The notes under the pieces are model-generated. The model did no database searches, was not told the DNA's origin, and saw nothing but the letters and a program-made list of their open reading frames with translations. A program made the position numbers and the translations under genes. From Octopus sinensis (taxonomy: Eukaryota), in the NCBI RefSeq assembly GCF_006345805.1, contig NC_042997.1, positions 55,862,001 to 55,926,000 of the forward strand: a stretch of 64,000 bases of DNA. Reading direction: 5' to 3'. Shown here in pieces: positions 26,620-39,958 of the stretch; positions within the stretch are counted from its first letter, which is position 1, and each line of letters begins with the position of its first letter.

Positions 26620-27220
26620 TAAGTACGTGGTTAAGAAGCTCGCTTTCTAGCTATGTGGTTTCGGGTTCAGTCCTTGTGCGTTGTAAGTTGGACAAGTGCC
26701 TTTTACTTAGCTCCAGACTAACCAATGCCTTGCGAGTGAATTTGGTAGACGGAAACTATGCATATATGTGTGTGTGTATGTGTGATATATATATATAGCA
26801 TGATTATCATCATCATCATCGTTTAACGTCCGCTTTCCTTGCTGGCATGGGTTGGACGATTTGACTGAGGACTGGCGAGCCAGATGGCTGCACCAGGCTC
26901 CAATCTGATCTGGCAGAGTTTCTACAGCTGGATGCCCTTTCTAACGCCAACCACTCCGAGAGTGTAGAGGGCCAGTCAGGTGGCACTGGCAACGGCCACG
27001 CTCAAATGGTGTTTTTTACGTGCCACTTGCACAGAAGCCAGTCCAACGGCACTGGCAACAACCTCGCTCGAATATTTTTTCACGTGCCAGCAAGACAACG
27101 CTGCTAACGATCACGCTCGAATGGTGCTTTTTAGGTGCCACCGGAACGGGAGCCAGTCAGTTGTCCTGGCAACGATCACGCTCGGGTGGTTCTCTTAGCG
27201 CATATGCGGTGCTTTCATCA

Positions 27221-27290
<70 letters not shown>

Positions 27291-27515
27291 GGTGTGTGTG
27301 TGCATATGTGTGTGTGTTTGTGTGCACCTGCACCGCTTCATAACCGGGAGTCGGTTTGTTTATGTCCCAGCAGCTTAACTGTTCGACAAACGAGCCAAAT
27401 AGAATACGTACCAGACTTTAAAAATAAGGACTGCGGCCGACATGTGCCGCTAAACCCTTCAAAAACTTGCGCCAACATGGTTGCAGTCTAATGACTGAAA
27501 TAAGTAAAAGGTAAA
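26620..27515 (+). mobile_element. SINE family E (head 26620-26795, tail 27330-27515) interrupted in its internal microsatellite
   Basis: Head gtggttaagaagctcgc...ttcgggttcagtcc...tttggtagacggaaact and tail ...gcagtctaatgactgaaataagtaaaag match the two halves of 52203-52585. Confidence 0.7.
26805..27222 (-). mobile_element. Retroposon fragment with a V-SINE-like motif, (GAT)n tail and internal minisatellite
   Basis: Minus strand ggcgttagaaagggcatccagctgtagaaac resembles the V-domain core; four diverged ggcactggcaac...cacgctc units at 26983-27200. Confidence 0.65.
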
Positions 27516-27627
27516 TGAACACATATATACATACATACATACATACATACATACATACATACATACATACATACATACATACATACATACATACATACAT
27601 ACATACATACATACATACATACATAAG

Positions 27628-27965
27628 TACGAGCACTCCATCGGTTACGACGACGAGGGTCCCAGTTGATACGATCAACGGAACAGCTTGCTCGTGAAAT
27701 TAACGTGCAAGTGACTGAGCAATCCACAGACACGCGTACCCCTAACGTAGTTCTCAGGGAGATTCAGCGTGACACAGAATGTGACAAGGCCGGCCCTTTG
27801 AAATACAGGTACAACTCATTTTTGCCATCTGAGTGGACTGGAGCAGTGGACAAGACACTTGAACAATAAAGTGTCTTCTTCAAGCACACAACGCGTCGCC
27901 GGGAATCGAACTCACGACCTTACAATCGCGAGCCGAATGCCCTAACCACTAAGCCACGCGCCTTC
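27628..27965 (-). mobile_element. SINE head C + tail 1
   Basis: Head gaaggcgcgtggcttagtggttaggg...ctccagtccactcagatggcaaaaatgagtt joined to gtacctgtatttcaaagggccggcc...taaccgatggagtgc. Confidence 0.88.
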
Positions 27966-28539
27966 ACATACATACATACATACATACATACATATGTGTG
28001 TGGAGGGGAGAGAGAGAGAGAAAGCGAAAAAGAGAGAAAGAAAGATAGGAAAAAAGAGAAAGAGAGGGAGAGATAAATAAGAATTGATCTGTGTGCGTGT
28101 GTATTGTGTAAATGTTTGTAAGCAACACTGTGTCTCTAAGTATATTCGTATGCAAATGAAACTGGAGTTTACACTTACACAAGGGCTGAAACGCTTCACT
28201 CAGTATTTCAGATATATTAGACTGTATTTACTTCTTACTGCAACCGTTTGACATATGTCTTTCACGAAACCATATTTTTTTCTTCTAAAATTCCCTCGAT
28301 GTCAAGTTCCTATGACTCTGAACTAATAAAATATGAAGCTAATAAAATGACCGCAGTCCAATGACTAAAACAAGTAAAAGATAAAGATAAAAGCTAAAAC
28401 TATGCCTACATTCCGATATCTTTAGTATGTCATATAAAATATGTCAAATAATAAAGACTAGCTCTGAAGGTGTTAAATTTATTTTTGCTGTTCTGGGTAA
28501 TCCGTTCCATAAAGCTGATGACATGTGACCTCCAGAAAA

Positions 28540-28920
28540 CCAAGGCAGTTAGTAACATTTTTGCATTTGCTCTATATGTTTTCCAATATATGTGAGCTCA
28601 CCTTTCCTACCGGATCTTTGAAATGACATCTACAATGATTCGTCAAACAAATCCGTGCATGTCGTTGAGAGAAATGCGCGGGAAGCCTGTCAGGACACAC
28701 AACGGAGATCCTATTTGTCTTATCTATTGTAGATGCAACATCCGCTTCTTTAATCTCGGTGTTATCAATTGCAACATGTGAAGCAATCTTGAAGAGCTCG
28801 ACAGGCTCAGAAATTCGTTTATGAACCGGTTGCATTGTGAACACGCTGTTGTAGTGCGTGATAAGAAATTCACATGATTCCTGTGGTTCTGCAGTGAGTG
28901 AATCGCCTCTTTCAAGTTAA
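28540..28920 (-). mobile_element. Degraded CR1/Jockey-type LINE fragment (start of RT)
   Basis: TEIKEADVASTIDKTNRISVVCPDRLPAHF resembles IT..EV...I......SPGPDGIP. Confidence 0.45.
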
Positions 28921-29049
28921 GGGCCTATTTTTCACTTACTTGAATACATCAATAATAATAACAGAAAAAAAAAGATGTGAAAAAATAGAAGCAAATTACG
29001 AATTTTTACTACTTTCAATTATATATTTATATTTAAAGTTTTGTAATAG

Positions 29050-29053
29050 ATAT

Positions 29054-29121
<68 letters not shown>

Positions 29122-29178
29122 GACAGACAGACAGACAGACAGACAGACATAGATAGATAGATAGATAGATAGATAGAT

Positions 29179-29240
<62 letters not shown>

Positions 29241-29377
29241 CGTAAATCAAAGGTAGGACAGAAAGAACACAGCAAGCGGAAATCAGCAAAACACAACATG
29301 CGGGAAAATGGACGATAGCCATAACAAACGGCAAACCGGACAGAAGCAAGATACAGGGATCATTCGCAGCCGATTTC

Positions 29378-29412
<35 letters not shown>

Positions 29413-29480
29413 TAGATAGATAGATAGATATAGATAGATAGATAGATAGATAGATACATACATACATACATACCTACATA
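29050..29480. repeat. Compound (GATA)/(GACA)/(CATA) microsatellites
   Basis: Direct reading. Confidence 0.93.
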
Positions 29481-29938
29481 CATACATACATGTTCATTAT
29501 GTATACTCTATACACATATGTATCTACATTTACGCACGCGCGTACACACACGCGTGCGCATGCACACAGTGTATGTGTGTGAGGCTGACTGAGTGCTTAA
29601 GCACATTGCACGAGAGCGACTGTGTTTATGTGAAGTGAATGAATGAGTCAGTGAGTGAATCAGTGAATATTCTAACATCTAGTCTCTACGTTGAATACCT
29701 AATTCTGTAACCCTGTCTATTGTTTAAGTGAATATAGTTATAACCAAACAATTTCTTTCAAAGATTGTTCGCTGAGATATACACAGCACATCTCTCTTCC
29801 TATCTCTCACTTTCTACCTCTTTCTCTCTTTATCTATCCATCTGTTTATTTATATGTTTATTTATCTATTTATTTATCAGGATTTTTACATACAAACACA
29901 CACACGCACACTCATATTATAGCATTTATATCTATATA

Positions 29939-29972
<34 letters not shown>

Positions 29973-29983
<11 letters not shown>

Positions 29984-30300
29984 ATTCGAGACAAAACCAC
30001 TATTTTAAAACCAAACAAGGAAAGACTTAATCAATACATAAAATTTTAATATAAATTAAATAAACCGCCACTACAAATGTTTCATGTCTGCTCCGACAAT
30101 CTTCAGGTGGATTTTCGATCTTCTAATCATATTAAAATTTATATTAAAATTTTATGTATTGATTAAGTCTTTCCTTGTTTGGTTTTAAAATAGTGGTTTT
30201 GTCTCGAATTATATTATATAATATTTTACTATAAAATTGGATTTAACCCTAAATCTGATTTTTCCCTGTAATTTTGGATTCATTCCCTAATATTTATTAT
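29973..30300. mobile_element. Fold-back Penelope-like insertion: identical 85-bp inverted arms (29973-30057, 30136-30220), 78-bp spacer, about 80-bp extension, in (TA)n
   Basis: Arms checked identical; the spacer holds a hammerhead motif. Confidence 0.85.
30068..30110 (-). ncRNA. Minimal type I hammerhead ribozyme motif
   Basis: CCAC-CTGAAGA-T-TGTC ggagca GACA-T-GAAAC attt GTA-GTGG. Confidence 0.72.
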
Positions 30301-30404
30301 TATATATATATATATATATATACATGCATACAGACATACATACATATTCATACACACACACATAATATATACATACATACATACACACATACATACATAT
30401 ATTT

Positions 30405-30730
30405 ACCTGCATTCTGGTCTAATGAACTCCATGTTTGTTTTCGTTCGGTTTCCTTGTATGTCTCCACTGTCATATTTTTGTTCCTAGTTTTGACCCTCCA
30501 TAAATCCAAAATTTTATTTTGGTATTTATGGGAGCAAATGTCTTCGAAGACTCATATTGTCGTTCAATGCTAGAAATGACGAGTAGATAGACAGCCGACA
30601 ACTGATGAAAAGTCGTTCTTTGTGTTACTTGTCCAGTTTCCATATTTTTCTCTCGTTGTGTGTGTAGTTAACTCATTTATTTTCGTATTTCATGTTGTTT
30701 GCTGTTGGTGACGTCCTGTATCCATATATA
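30405..30730 (+). mobile_element. Penelope-like terminal repeat remnant (family b)
   Basis: Homologous to 25280-25640; ends in a TA-rich tract. Confidence 0.5.
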
Positions 30731-30876
30731 CATATATATATATGTGCATATATTACTTATATTATATACATATATACTTCGATTAGAGGTGGTGGTGGTA
30801 GTAGTAGTAGTAGTAGCAGCAGTTATTGTTGTTCATGAGCAACTGCTAAGTCACATTCCTTATTGGCAGGAGTCGT

Positions 30877-31259
30877 GGAGGCGCAATGGCCCAGTGGTTA
30901 GGGCAGCGGACTCGCGGTCGAAGGATCGCGGTTTCGATTCCCAGACCGGGCGTTGTGAGTGTTTATTGAGCGAAAACACCTAAAGCTCCACGAGGCTCCG
31001 GCAGGGGGGGTGGCGATCTCTGCTGTACTCTTTCGCCACAACTTTCTCTCACTCTTACTTCCTGTTTCTGTTGTACCTATATTTCAAAGGGCCGGCCTTG
31101 TCACTCTCTGTGTCACGCTGAATATCCCCGAGAACTACGCTAAGGGTACACGTGTCTGTGGAGTGCTCAGCCACTTACACGTTAATTTCACGAGCAGGCT
31201 GTTCCGTTGATCGGATCAACCGGAACCCTCGTCGTCGTAACCGACGGAGTGCTTCCATC
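30877..31259 (+). mobile_element. SINE head B + tail 1, full length
   Basis: tRNA-like head (tggcccagtggtt A-box, ggtttcgattcc B-box); 12-bp TSD attggcaggagt at 30862-30873 and 31260-31271. Confidence 0.93.
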
Positions 31260-31393
31260 ATTGGCAGGAGTAGCGATTGCCCTGCCGAAAGATGGGGTAG
31301 GAGGGAATGAAAACACATCACTTATAGCCATTACTTCTTTCTTTAAAAATCATTCAACTGTCTGAGAAAATTAAATCAAAATACGAAACAGAA

Positions 31394-31611
31394 TTTGAGC
31401 GGGATGGGCTACTCAATTTGAAGAAAATTCTAATTGAGCCCCACCTGCAAGGTCATGTGCTGGTTATCTTGATATAAGATCACCATGTTGCGTACATATG
31501 GTTGAGAATCATGTACTTGGTGTACCCTTATCAGACGGGTAGTCATGATGGATATACTGGGCTTCGTATTTTGATGACATGCACTTTGATGACATGCGCT
31601 ACTCTCTCACT
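31394..31611 (+). mobile_element. Non-coding (TAA)n-tailed retroposon (family G), 5'-truncated
   Basis: Colinear with 34513-34780; ends ctctctcact followed by about 140 bp of (TAA)n. Confidence 0.8.
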
Positions 31612-31629
31612 AAGTAACGATAATTAATA

Positions 31630-31747
<118 letters not shown>

Positions 31748-31774
31748 TAATAATAATTACTATTATTTTTTTTT

Positions 31775-34435
31775 AATGCTCAAAGATTCTCGCCAGGCTC
31801 CAGCCTGTCGATATCCAGAAAGAACCACCATACACGGCATAGATGGAGTAAGCAAATTAATGCTGTGGTCATTGTGTGTTACTACCTGAGCAGCCCGGTA
31901 GATGAAAATGGTGCTCAAATTAGAGGTTACCGACAACATATGTATGATCATTGGAGAGAAAAGGTATTGTTTCAACTCATGGAACAGAGACTATGTGATC
32001 AAGCTAGAGCAATAAGGAAAAATTGTTGGTTCACAGAAGTAGAGCTCGAAGCTATGAAAAGACGGGTCATGGAAAATAGCAGCAGAGATAACAATGAAAA
32101 TACAGCTCTTACTAATAAGAGTAATCCCATAGCACAGGAAAGGAGCAGTGGTAGTTTATTTGATGAGAGACATAGATGATCTAAAAGAAGACAATAAAAC
32201 TAATGGTGACATGACAGATGAACAAAAGGCAATCTACGACAGAATAAAGGTAAGACTACAGGAGAACGATAGCGACATTATTTGCAACCTTAAAAAGGTT
32301 GATCGATGGAAATTTAACCAATAAACGAAAAATGTCAATGAAATTCTGAAATAAATCAGAACAAACAACATGACAGAAACAAATATTTTGATCAAGGCAG
32401 CAAATATTGTTGTAGCAGAAAACGTGGGTGTTGATGTCAAGAAAAAGAAACATAATGGAGTGACAAAAGAAAAGATCAGTAGTGGAAAGGAAGAATTCAG
32501 GCTGGGTTAGACATGCTCTTGAAGGAAATCTCTGTGCTAGACCGAAAAGAGAAGGGGGGGGCTTAAAAGCGAACAAAATTACAGGGCGCTGAAAAGGAAG
32601 TATAATATTGAAAGAAAGGGCCTGAACGCAGTAGTGGAGGAACTGAAACAGCGCCTCGTTGCAAAGAAAGCAAAGATGGTAAGATACGGCCAAAGATTGA
32701 AGGGTTACCACCAGAATAGGTTATTCAGAGTAGATCAGAAGAGATTCTATAAAGAAATAAATGGAGAGTGTACAGATTAAAAGTTGATACAAGATAACAT
32801 TGAAAGTCAAAGGTTTTGGAGTGACATCTGGAGCAAAGACAAAGAGCACAAGAAAGATGCTGAATGGCTGCAAGAACTGAAACAAACAGTAGTCTGTCCA
32901 AAACGAGCAGAACTAGTAATTTCAGTTAAGGAAGTAAAGGAAATCAGCAAAGGCCCCGGGACCAGATGGAGTTCAAGGCTACTGGATCAAAAGATTTGGT
33001 GAATGTCATGCACGAATAGCTGCGCAACTCAACACCTTGTTAAATGCCGACCAAGTAAAATCAGAGGGGTTGACAATAGGTAGGACAGTGTTGTGCCTGA
33101 AAAACATCGAAAAGGACAATACGGTAGACAGTTACAGGTCGATATCCTGTTTGCCACTAATGTGGAAGTTATTGACTGACTGGAATACTCGCAGAGTCAA
33201 TGTACGAACATTTGGAAAAATTGGAGTCCTGCTACATGAGCAGAAGGGTTGCAAGCGTACGTACAGAGGTACCAGGGATCAACTCCTGATAGATAAAACT
33301 GTAGTTAGAGACTACATATGGGTCACTCCACCCAAAAAGTGACACAGACAGACTGTATGTACCAAGAGAAAGAGGGAGAAGAGGACTTATTGGATGCGAA
33401 CACAGCATTCGAGCAGAACAAAACAACACAGCATGGTATGTAAAAAATGCCACAGAACCGCTATTATTAGAAGTAGGAAGATCAGGCTTATATAGAATGA
33501 AAGATCGCAAAGATAAAGCACTATGCAAAAAGTTGAAAACGAATGAAACTGAAAATAGGGGGGAGGGGAGAAAAGAATGCATGGTCAATTTCATAGAGAT
33601 GTTGAAGATAAGACAGACAGAGAAAAAAGATGGCTGTGGATAACTAAAAGTGATTTAAAACCGGAAACAGAGGATCTAATCTTTGCTGCCCAAGAGCAAG
33701 CACTAAGAACAAACTTCATAAAATACAGAATAGACAACGCAGCAGAAAGTGATAAGTGCAGAATCTGAAGAAAAACGGTGAAACCGTATGGCATATTACC
33801 AGCCAATGTACGCCACTAGCCCAGAAGGAATATAAGAGACGCCACGACATTATAGCCAAGCTTGTTCATTGGATACTCTGCAACAAGTACGGACTTGACA
33901 GAGTGAAATATTGGTACGACCACAAACCTGAAGGCATCGCCTGAAATAGAAATGCAAAGATCCTATGGGATTTTATGATTCAGTGCGACCATGAGATAGA
34001 GAATAGGAAGTCGGAATAGTCTTAATTGAGAAAGAAAACAAACTATGCTGGATTATAGATATAGCATGCCCAGCTGACAACAAGCTATACGATAAGGAAG
34101 AAAGAAAAGTTGAGAGAATATGACAGGTTAGCTTGGGAAGTTAAGCAGTTGTGGTCGATGAAAAAGGTAGCAGTAGTATCAATAATTATCGGAGCCCTGG
34201 AAACAGTGATCAAAAAATTTCGAGAAGCACTCAACTATCAACATGGCTGAAAAAGATTGGTACAAGTGAGAAGGCAGAACACCTACAAAAATCAGCATTG
34301 CTTGGAACTGCAAGAATTCTTCGCAGGGTTCTTGAAGCATGACCAGTAAAACAAGTGTCACCTTAGTCTGCTGGCTGTGGACAGCCGACACTTTCCATCA
34401 TACTCAGCAATATAAACGGTGAGTTTTAATAGAAA
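31775..34435 (+). mobile_element. Dong/R4-clade REL-endonuclease LINE, near full length, with internal RT deletion and many stops
   Basis: N-terminal HRWSKQINAVVIVCYY...EQRLCDQARAIRKN; RT YRSISCLPLMWKLLT, EQKGCKR..GTRDQLLIDK; LKPETEDLIFAAQEQAL; CCHC; REL KILWDF...IIDIACP; ends LLGTARILRRVL; (TAA)n on both sides. Confidence 0.92.
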
Positions 34436-34462
34436 TAATAATACAAATAATAATAATAATAA

Positions 34463-34512
<50 letters not shown>

Positions 34513-34779
34513 AGGGTGTTTCGTTCAACATCGTTAAACAACCCTTATTCAGGGACCTTTTGAGCGGGATGGGTTACTCGACCAGAAGAAAATTCTTACT
34601 GGGCCCCACCTGCAAAGTCACGTGCTGTTTATCTTGGTATGAGATCACCATGTCGCGCACATATGCTTGTGATGCATGTGCCTAGTGTACCCTTATCAGA
34701 TGGGTAGTCGTGATGGGTATACTAGGCTTCGTATATTTTACCCAGCGTCACTTTGATGGCATGCACTGCTCTCTCACTC

Positions 34780-34780
<1 letters not shown>
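34513..34780 (+). mobile_element. Non-coding (TAA)n-tailed retroposon (family G)
   Basis: Second copy of 31394-31611 with a longer 5' end; (TAA)n tail to about 34850. Confidence 0.82.
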
Positions 34781-34854
<74 letters not shown>

Positions 34855-35474
34855 CAACAACATCAGCAATAATAATGGTATAGATGGCCTTTCAAAGGAC
34901 TGTGAATTCAGTATCATTTTCATTGTGATTGTCTTGAAGAGGAACCACCTCTCCATGTCTTCGACAACAATTCGTCCTTATATATAGGGTGATTTCTCTC
35001 TCTTTTTGATCATCTCAACATCTCCATCAGTTTAGAAAACTATTTTTCCAGACACCTTTATACCCACCTCATCACAAAACAATGCTTGTCACTGGTAGTT
35101 AAGGTAAAGAGACAGGGTGCACGCGAACGCAGCCATTATTGCTAATAAGACCATTATTTTTTGATTTCATTATGTCAATATTTTTCTCCCATGTGTGTCT
35201 CGTGAAAAAGAAAGTTTCATTTCATTTATTTTGATTTTCTTGTTTTTCACTTTATTTCGGGGACGTATGTATTGTTGTTGTTACTGACTCTTTTATTTAC
35301 AAGTGTCCAAAGGGAAAACAAAATATTAAAAATCCACCTTCTTTTATTTTGGTGAAAACTTAACTCTAAATTCACTCCTGTTTTGTATAATCCTAATGAA
35401 GAAAATTTTCTCTTTCCTAGCAGTAAAATATCGAATTCTCGTAGCTATGAAAGGCGTCTTGACAGGTGAACAGG

Positions 35475-35505
<31 letters not shown>

Positions 35506-36001
35506 CAGCAGCAGCAGCCGGAAGAAGGGTGACTCTCTTTATTGGCTACAAGGGTTCAAAAGTTAAATATAATATGAATGTTAAAGACAAAGGGATTTAA
35601 AATACATGTGGAGTTGGACAAAGTTATAGAAGAAGAAGGAGAGGGAGGATGTTGTACAATGGACGGATTAACAATTTAACATATGAAATTTGTAGAAAAC
35701 ATACAACAATTAAAATATGATGCATAATATAAATTTGAAAAGCCACTTAGGGTTATCCGCCCATTTAGGTTACCTGCCCATTAAAGGATGTGAACCCACA
35801 TCCTCCGCTATTTCCAGTCTTGTGGCTGAGAGTGTTCTGGAAACTGGAATCTGCGGATATTCTTGTTGTCTCAGATGCTTTCTGCTACTTTCCTCTCTCT
35901 ACCGTTTATCTATTCCCCCTAGTTCTTCAGTCAAAACGTCATGACGTTGCTTTTATTACCAAATACATAACAATAAGACATTTTGTCCTACGCCATCAGT
36001 C

Positions 36002-36448
36002 TTACACCCTTTGTCTCGGTATCTTCACCTGGGTACAACTTCTGAACACCTTCCAGCCTTCAGAGTCATTAGGATTTACACCCTTGCAACCAACTGTTAC
36101 CTGCAAATTTCTACCGATATTTTTTGGAGCATTTCTTTCACTTGGTGTTTTGAGGTAGAAACTTCCGCCATTGTTTTTAAAGCACGGATATTTTTGCCTT
36201 TCTTTCTTTTCTTTATTCTCACTAACTGCTTTTACGAATTTTTGTACGTCGTTTCTTTTTGCCTGGAATTTTGCCTGGAATTTTGTCAAATTTATAAATT
36301 TCGCAGGTGACAACAGAGGCGAAACTGGGCCTTTAACACAGCTGCTATATCCACTGTCTAAGATATTTGCATGAATACAATTGTTGTTATTGTTGCTGCT
36401 ACTGCTGCTTAAATTTCTCTTGTTCAAAATATTTGATAAACTGTTCAT
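36002..36448 (-). other. Unassigned 148-aa ORF, possibly a LINE ORF1 remnant
   Basis: Open frame in non-microsatellite sequence; no family motif recognised with confidence. Confidence 0.2.
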
Positions 36449-36882
36449 GATAATTCTTTTTACTGTTAAGTGTTCGTTGAAATATTTATGTTAACTTTTT
36501 GTTCTTAGTTCTCTTCCTGTGATCCAATTTGTTTATGTGGTGATTTTTTTATGTTTTGGAAGCTGTTGTATGATATTCATGTTTTATGAAGGGCGTATTT
36601 AGTAGGTACTTTGATGTTAATAGATATTTCGAGGTTAAATATGGTTAAAAGGTGAAAACCAAATAAAGCATAAAGTATCTAAAGGCAAACTTTTTTCTTG
36701 TCAACATCAGACAGCAAAGCGAAGGTCCTTATTGGAAAGTATTCCAAAGAAAGAAATTTTCGTTTGTTAATTCTTGAGAAGTAGAATGTAGTCACGATTT
36801 AACAAAAAAAGAACAGTTTTAAATGTATCGATAAGTATGTGTGTGTATAAAAGTGCATACATATATATATACATACATACAT

Positions 36883-36928
<46 letters not shown>

Positions 36929-36939
36929 ATATATATATA

Positions 36940-36979
<40 letters not shown>

Positions 36980-37529
36980 TATATATATAATTTCAGCAAA
37001 ACAATTAAGATTCAAATGAATTCAAATGAATTCAAATGAATATGGTACTTAACTTAGATGTACCAGAATTCTTTATGGTATTAACCATAAAAATATTTCT
37101 CTTAAAGATACATTTAATTTCCACTATATTTTTGAATAAGTAAAATCCCCCTACTAACTGCCATTAGTTTTATTTGACCTCTAGATGTTGACCTAAATTC
37201 TTTCTTACAATATATAAACAAAAGTTAAAATAGAAACAATAATAAATAAATAACCCTCTTTTCTAATCTTATCCTTAACTTTCTTACTGTATCTTCCTCT
37301 ACTGATAACCTTTGACCCCTTTAATGCTTTCCTTTGATCTCTGTGTTCTTTACCCCACCATTAACTCTGTGAGGCTCCAAGTTCAGAGCCGGTGGTCAAA
37401 CTTACCGTTCTTTTATAAATACAAGATTTAAGTATACCTGTGGTGTGCATGTGGAAAGAATTCTGGCATGACATGCCACATGTATGGAGAAGATAAAGTA
37501 GAGCTATAAGATGAAATGAATTATACATA

Positions 37530-38050
37530 TTCTTTTCTACTCTGGTACTTAATTTATCGACCCCGAAATGATGAAAGGCAAAGTGGACCTCGGTGGAATT
37601 TGAACTCAGAACGTAACGGCTGACGAATTACCAATTTCTTCACTACCTACAAGGGGCTAAACAGAGAGAGGACAAACAAGAACAGACAAACGAATTAAGT
37701 CGATTATATCGACCCCAGTGCGTAACTGGTACTTAATTTATCGACCCCGAAATGATGAAAGGCAAAGTGGACCTCGGCGGAATTTGAACTCAGAACGTAA
37801 CGGCTGACGAAATACCAATTTCTTCACTACCTACAAGGGGCTAAGCAGAGAGAGGACAAACAAGGACAGACAAACGAATTAAGTCAATTATATCGACCCC
37901 AGTGCGTAACTGGTATTTAATTTATTGACCCCGAAATGATGAAAGGTAAAGTGGACCTCGGCGGAATTTGAACTCGGAACGTATCGGCAGACGAAATATG
38001 GCTACGTATTTCGCCCGGCGTGCTAATGATTCTGCCAGTTCGCTGCCTTC
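37530..38050 (-). mobile_element. SINE family A with tail beta, as a 184-bp tandem triplication
   Basis: ctggta.ttaattta at 37542, 37726 and 37910; shared private variants aaatgatgaaagg and gtggacctcgg; only the last unit carries the head. Confidence 0.9.
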
Positions 38051-38075
38051 ACTGCCAATACATAATAAATATATC

Positions 38076-38111
<36 letters not shown>

Positions 38112-38371
38112 ACGATGCAGTTTGTTTTTCTCACTAAGCACAATGTCATCGTAAATATCGTTAAATAGTGTTACATACAAAATGAGGGTGAAGCGAAGCA
38201 AGCTGATTTGTAAATATATAAATACCAGTATCATATAATTAATTTGCATACATGTATTATGTCATTGCAAATGTATCGCAAAGTGAAAAATGTCAAACCA
38301 CTTATATGTATTTACGTATATATTTATATGTGCATATGGGTAATGTATGTCAATATATATATATATATATA

Positions 38372-38483
38372 TTGGCCTGCTCGCTTAGCCAGCGGGGTGG
38401 CGTCATTCGGAGGCTAAAACAATGCGAACGCATTGTGACCAGCGATGTGTAGCAACATCTGATGGTCTGGTCGGTCACGTGAT

Positions 38484-38492
<9 letters not shown>
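38372..38492 (+). mobile_element. Isolated SINE tail 3 between two (TA)n tracts
   Basis: ctgctcgcttagccagcggggtggcgtcattc...ggtcacgtgatcacgtga; near-identical to the 3' part of 24596-24876. Confidence 0.88.
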
Positions 38493-38526
<34 letters not shown>

Positions 38527-38945
38527 TGTATATATACATATAGATGTAGGTACGTACATATATTGTATGTATGTATGCATATATTTTATTTATTAAATTG
38601 TTATTATATGACTGAGCGCCCTCGCGTCGTTTCGTTTCTTTCCTCCAAGTAAGTTTATATATGTATATATATATATATATTTACGACATGAACTTGCATG
38701 GCTTAAGCTTTGAGACAAGCATATGACTACTGACAGGATCAACCAAGTATCATCGCGATTCGATCGTTCGACGATGCGGGGCAGCGAGCTTATATACATA
38801 TGTATATATATATATGAGATCTTTGTGACAGAATACAATAATGTGCTTCCCTTTGTCAGGCATTCAGATGCACTTAGAGCATCTAATGAGTCCCAACTAT
38901 ATATGTACATATATACAAATATATATATGTATATATGTATGTACT

Positions 38946-38978
<33 letters not shown>

Positions 38979-39394
38979 ACATATATACATGTGGTGCGTA
39001 TGTATGTATGTATGTATGTATGTATGTATGTATGTATGTATGTATGTATGTATGTATGTCTGCGTGTGTATGTATATGTGTATAGGTATCCATGTATGTA
39101 TGAATGTATGTATACAATCCTTTATATGAAATTACGAAATTCAAAACTCTCAAAATCAGAATGTTTTTCTAGTGACAGAAGCACCAAGCACCAGAATGCG
39201 TTTCAGAAGGTGTCCCGGTGATTTTCAGATTCTTGAACAGCATGTTGGCACCAGCGAAAAGAGACGTGGGTGTGGAAAGCTTCCAAAAGGAGTTTCATAC
39301 TGAGGTAGTCGCGAATCTATGGAATCAAGTAATTAAATGTACTCTTGCGCTTGGCTGGTAAAAAAAAATCTGGCCAAGTATATTCAGTGATAAT

Positions 39395-39958
39395 AATAAA
39401 CCTTTCTGCTATAGGCAGAATGTTTGAAATTTTGGTGAAGGAAGATAGTCGATTATATCGATTCCAGTGATCAACTGGCCCTTATTTCATCCACCCGGAA
39501 AGGATGAAAGACAAAGTAACCCTTGGTGTGGAATTTGACCTCAGAACGTAAAGGCGGACAAAATGCCTCTAAGCATTTTGTCTGTCATGCAAACGATACT
39601 GCCAGCTCACTATCTCAATACTAATAATCCTATCTATTAAAACACAAGGCCTGAAATTTGTGGCGAGGGTCCAAGTCGAATAAATTGACCGCAATGCTCA
39701 ACTTTTGTCGACCCCAAAAAGATGAAAGGTGGTTTTGGTAGTGGTTTCTAATTTTGGCACAAGGCCAGCAAGTTCGGGAGAGGTAGGTAAGTCGATGACG
39801 TTGACACCAGTGCTCAACTGATACTTATCTTATAGACATCGAATAGATGAAAGGCAAAGTTGACCTCGGCGGAATTTGGATACAGACCATAAAGACGGAC
39901 GAAATACCGCTAAGCAGTTTGTCCGGCATATTATCGATGCTGCCATCTGGCTGCCTTA
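39395..39958 (-). mobile_element. Cluster of three same-orientation family A SINE copies
   Basis: Diverged copies at about 39395-39615, 39625-39730 and 39735-39958. Confidence 0.78.

Noticed and set aside
26983-27200. Repeat-spacer-like array resembling CRISPR (also 37542-38050)
   Set aside because: The units are degenerate tandem repeats inside retroposons in eukaryotic DNA, with no unique spacers and no cas genes.
30877-30950. tRNA genes at SINE heads (also 43816, 51125, 52171)
   Set aside because: They have A/B boxes but no complete cloverleaf, and they continue into SINE bodies flanked by TSDs.
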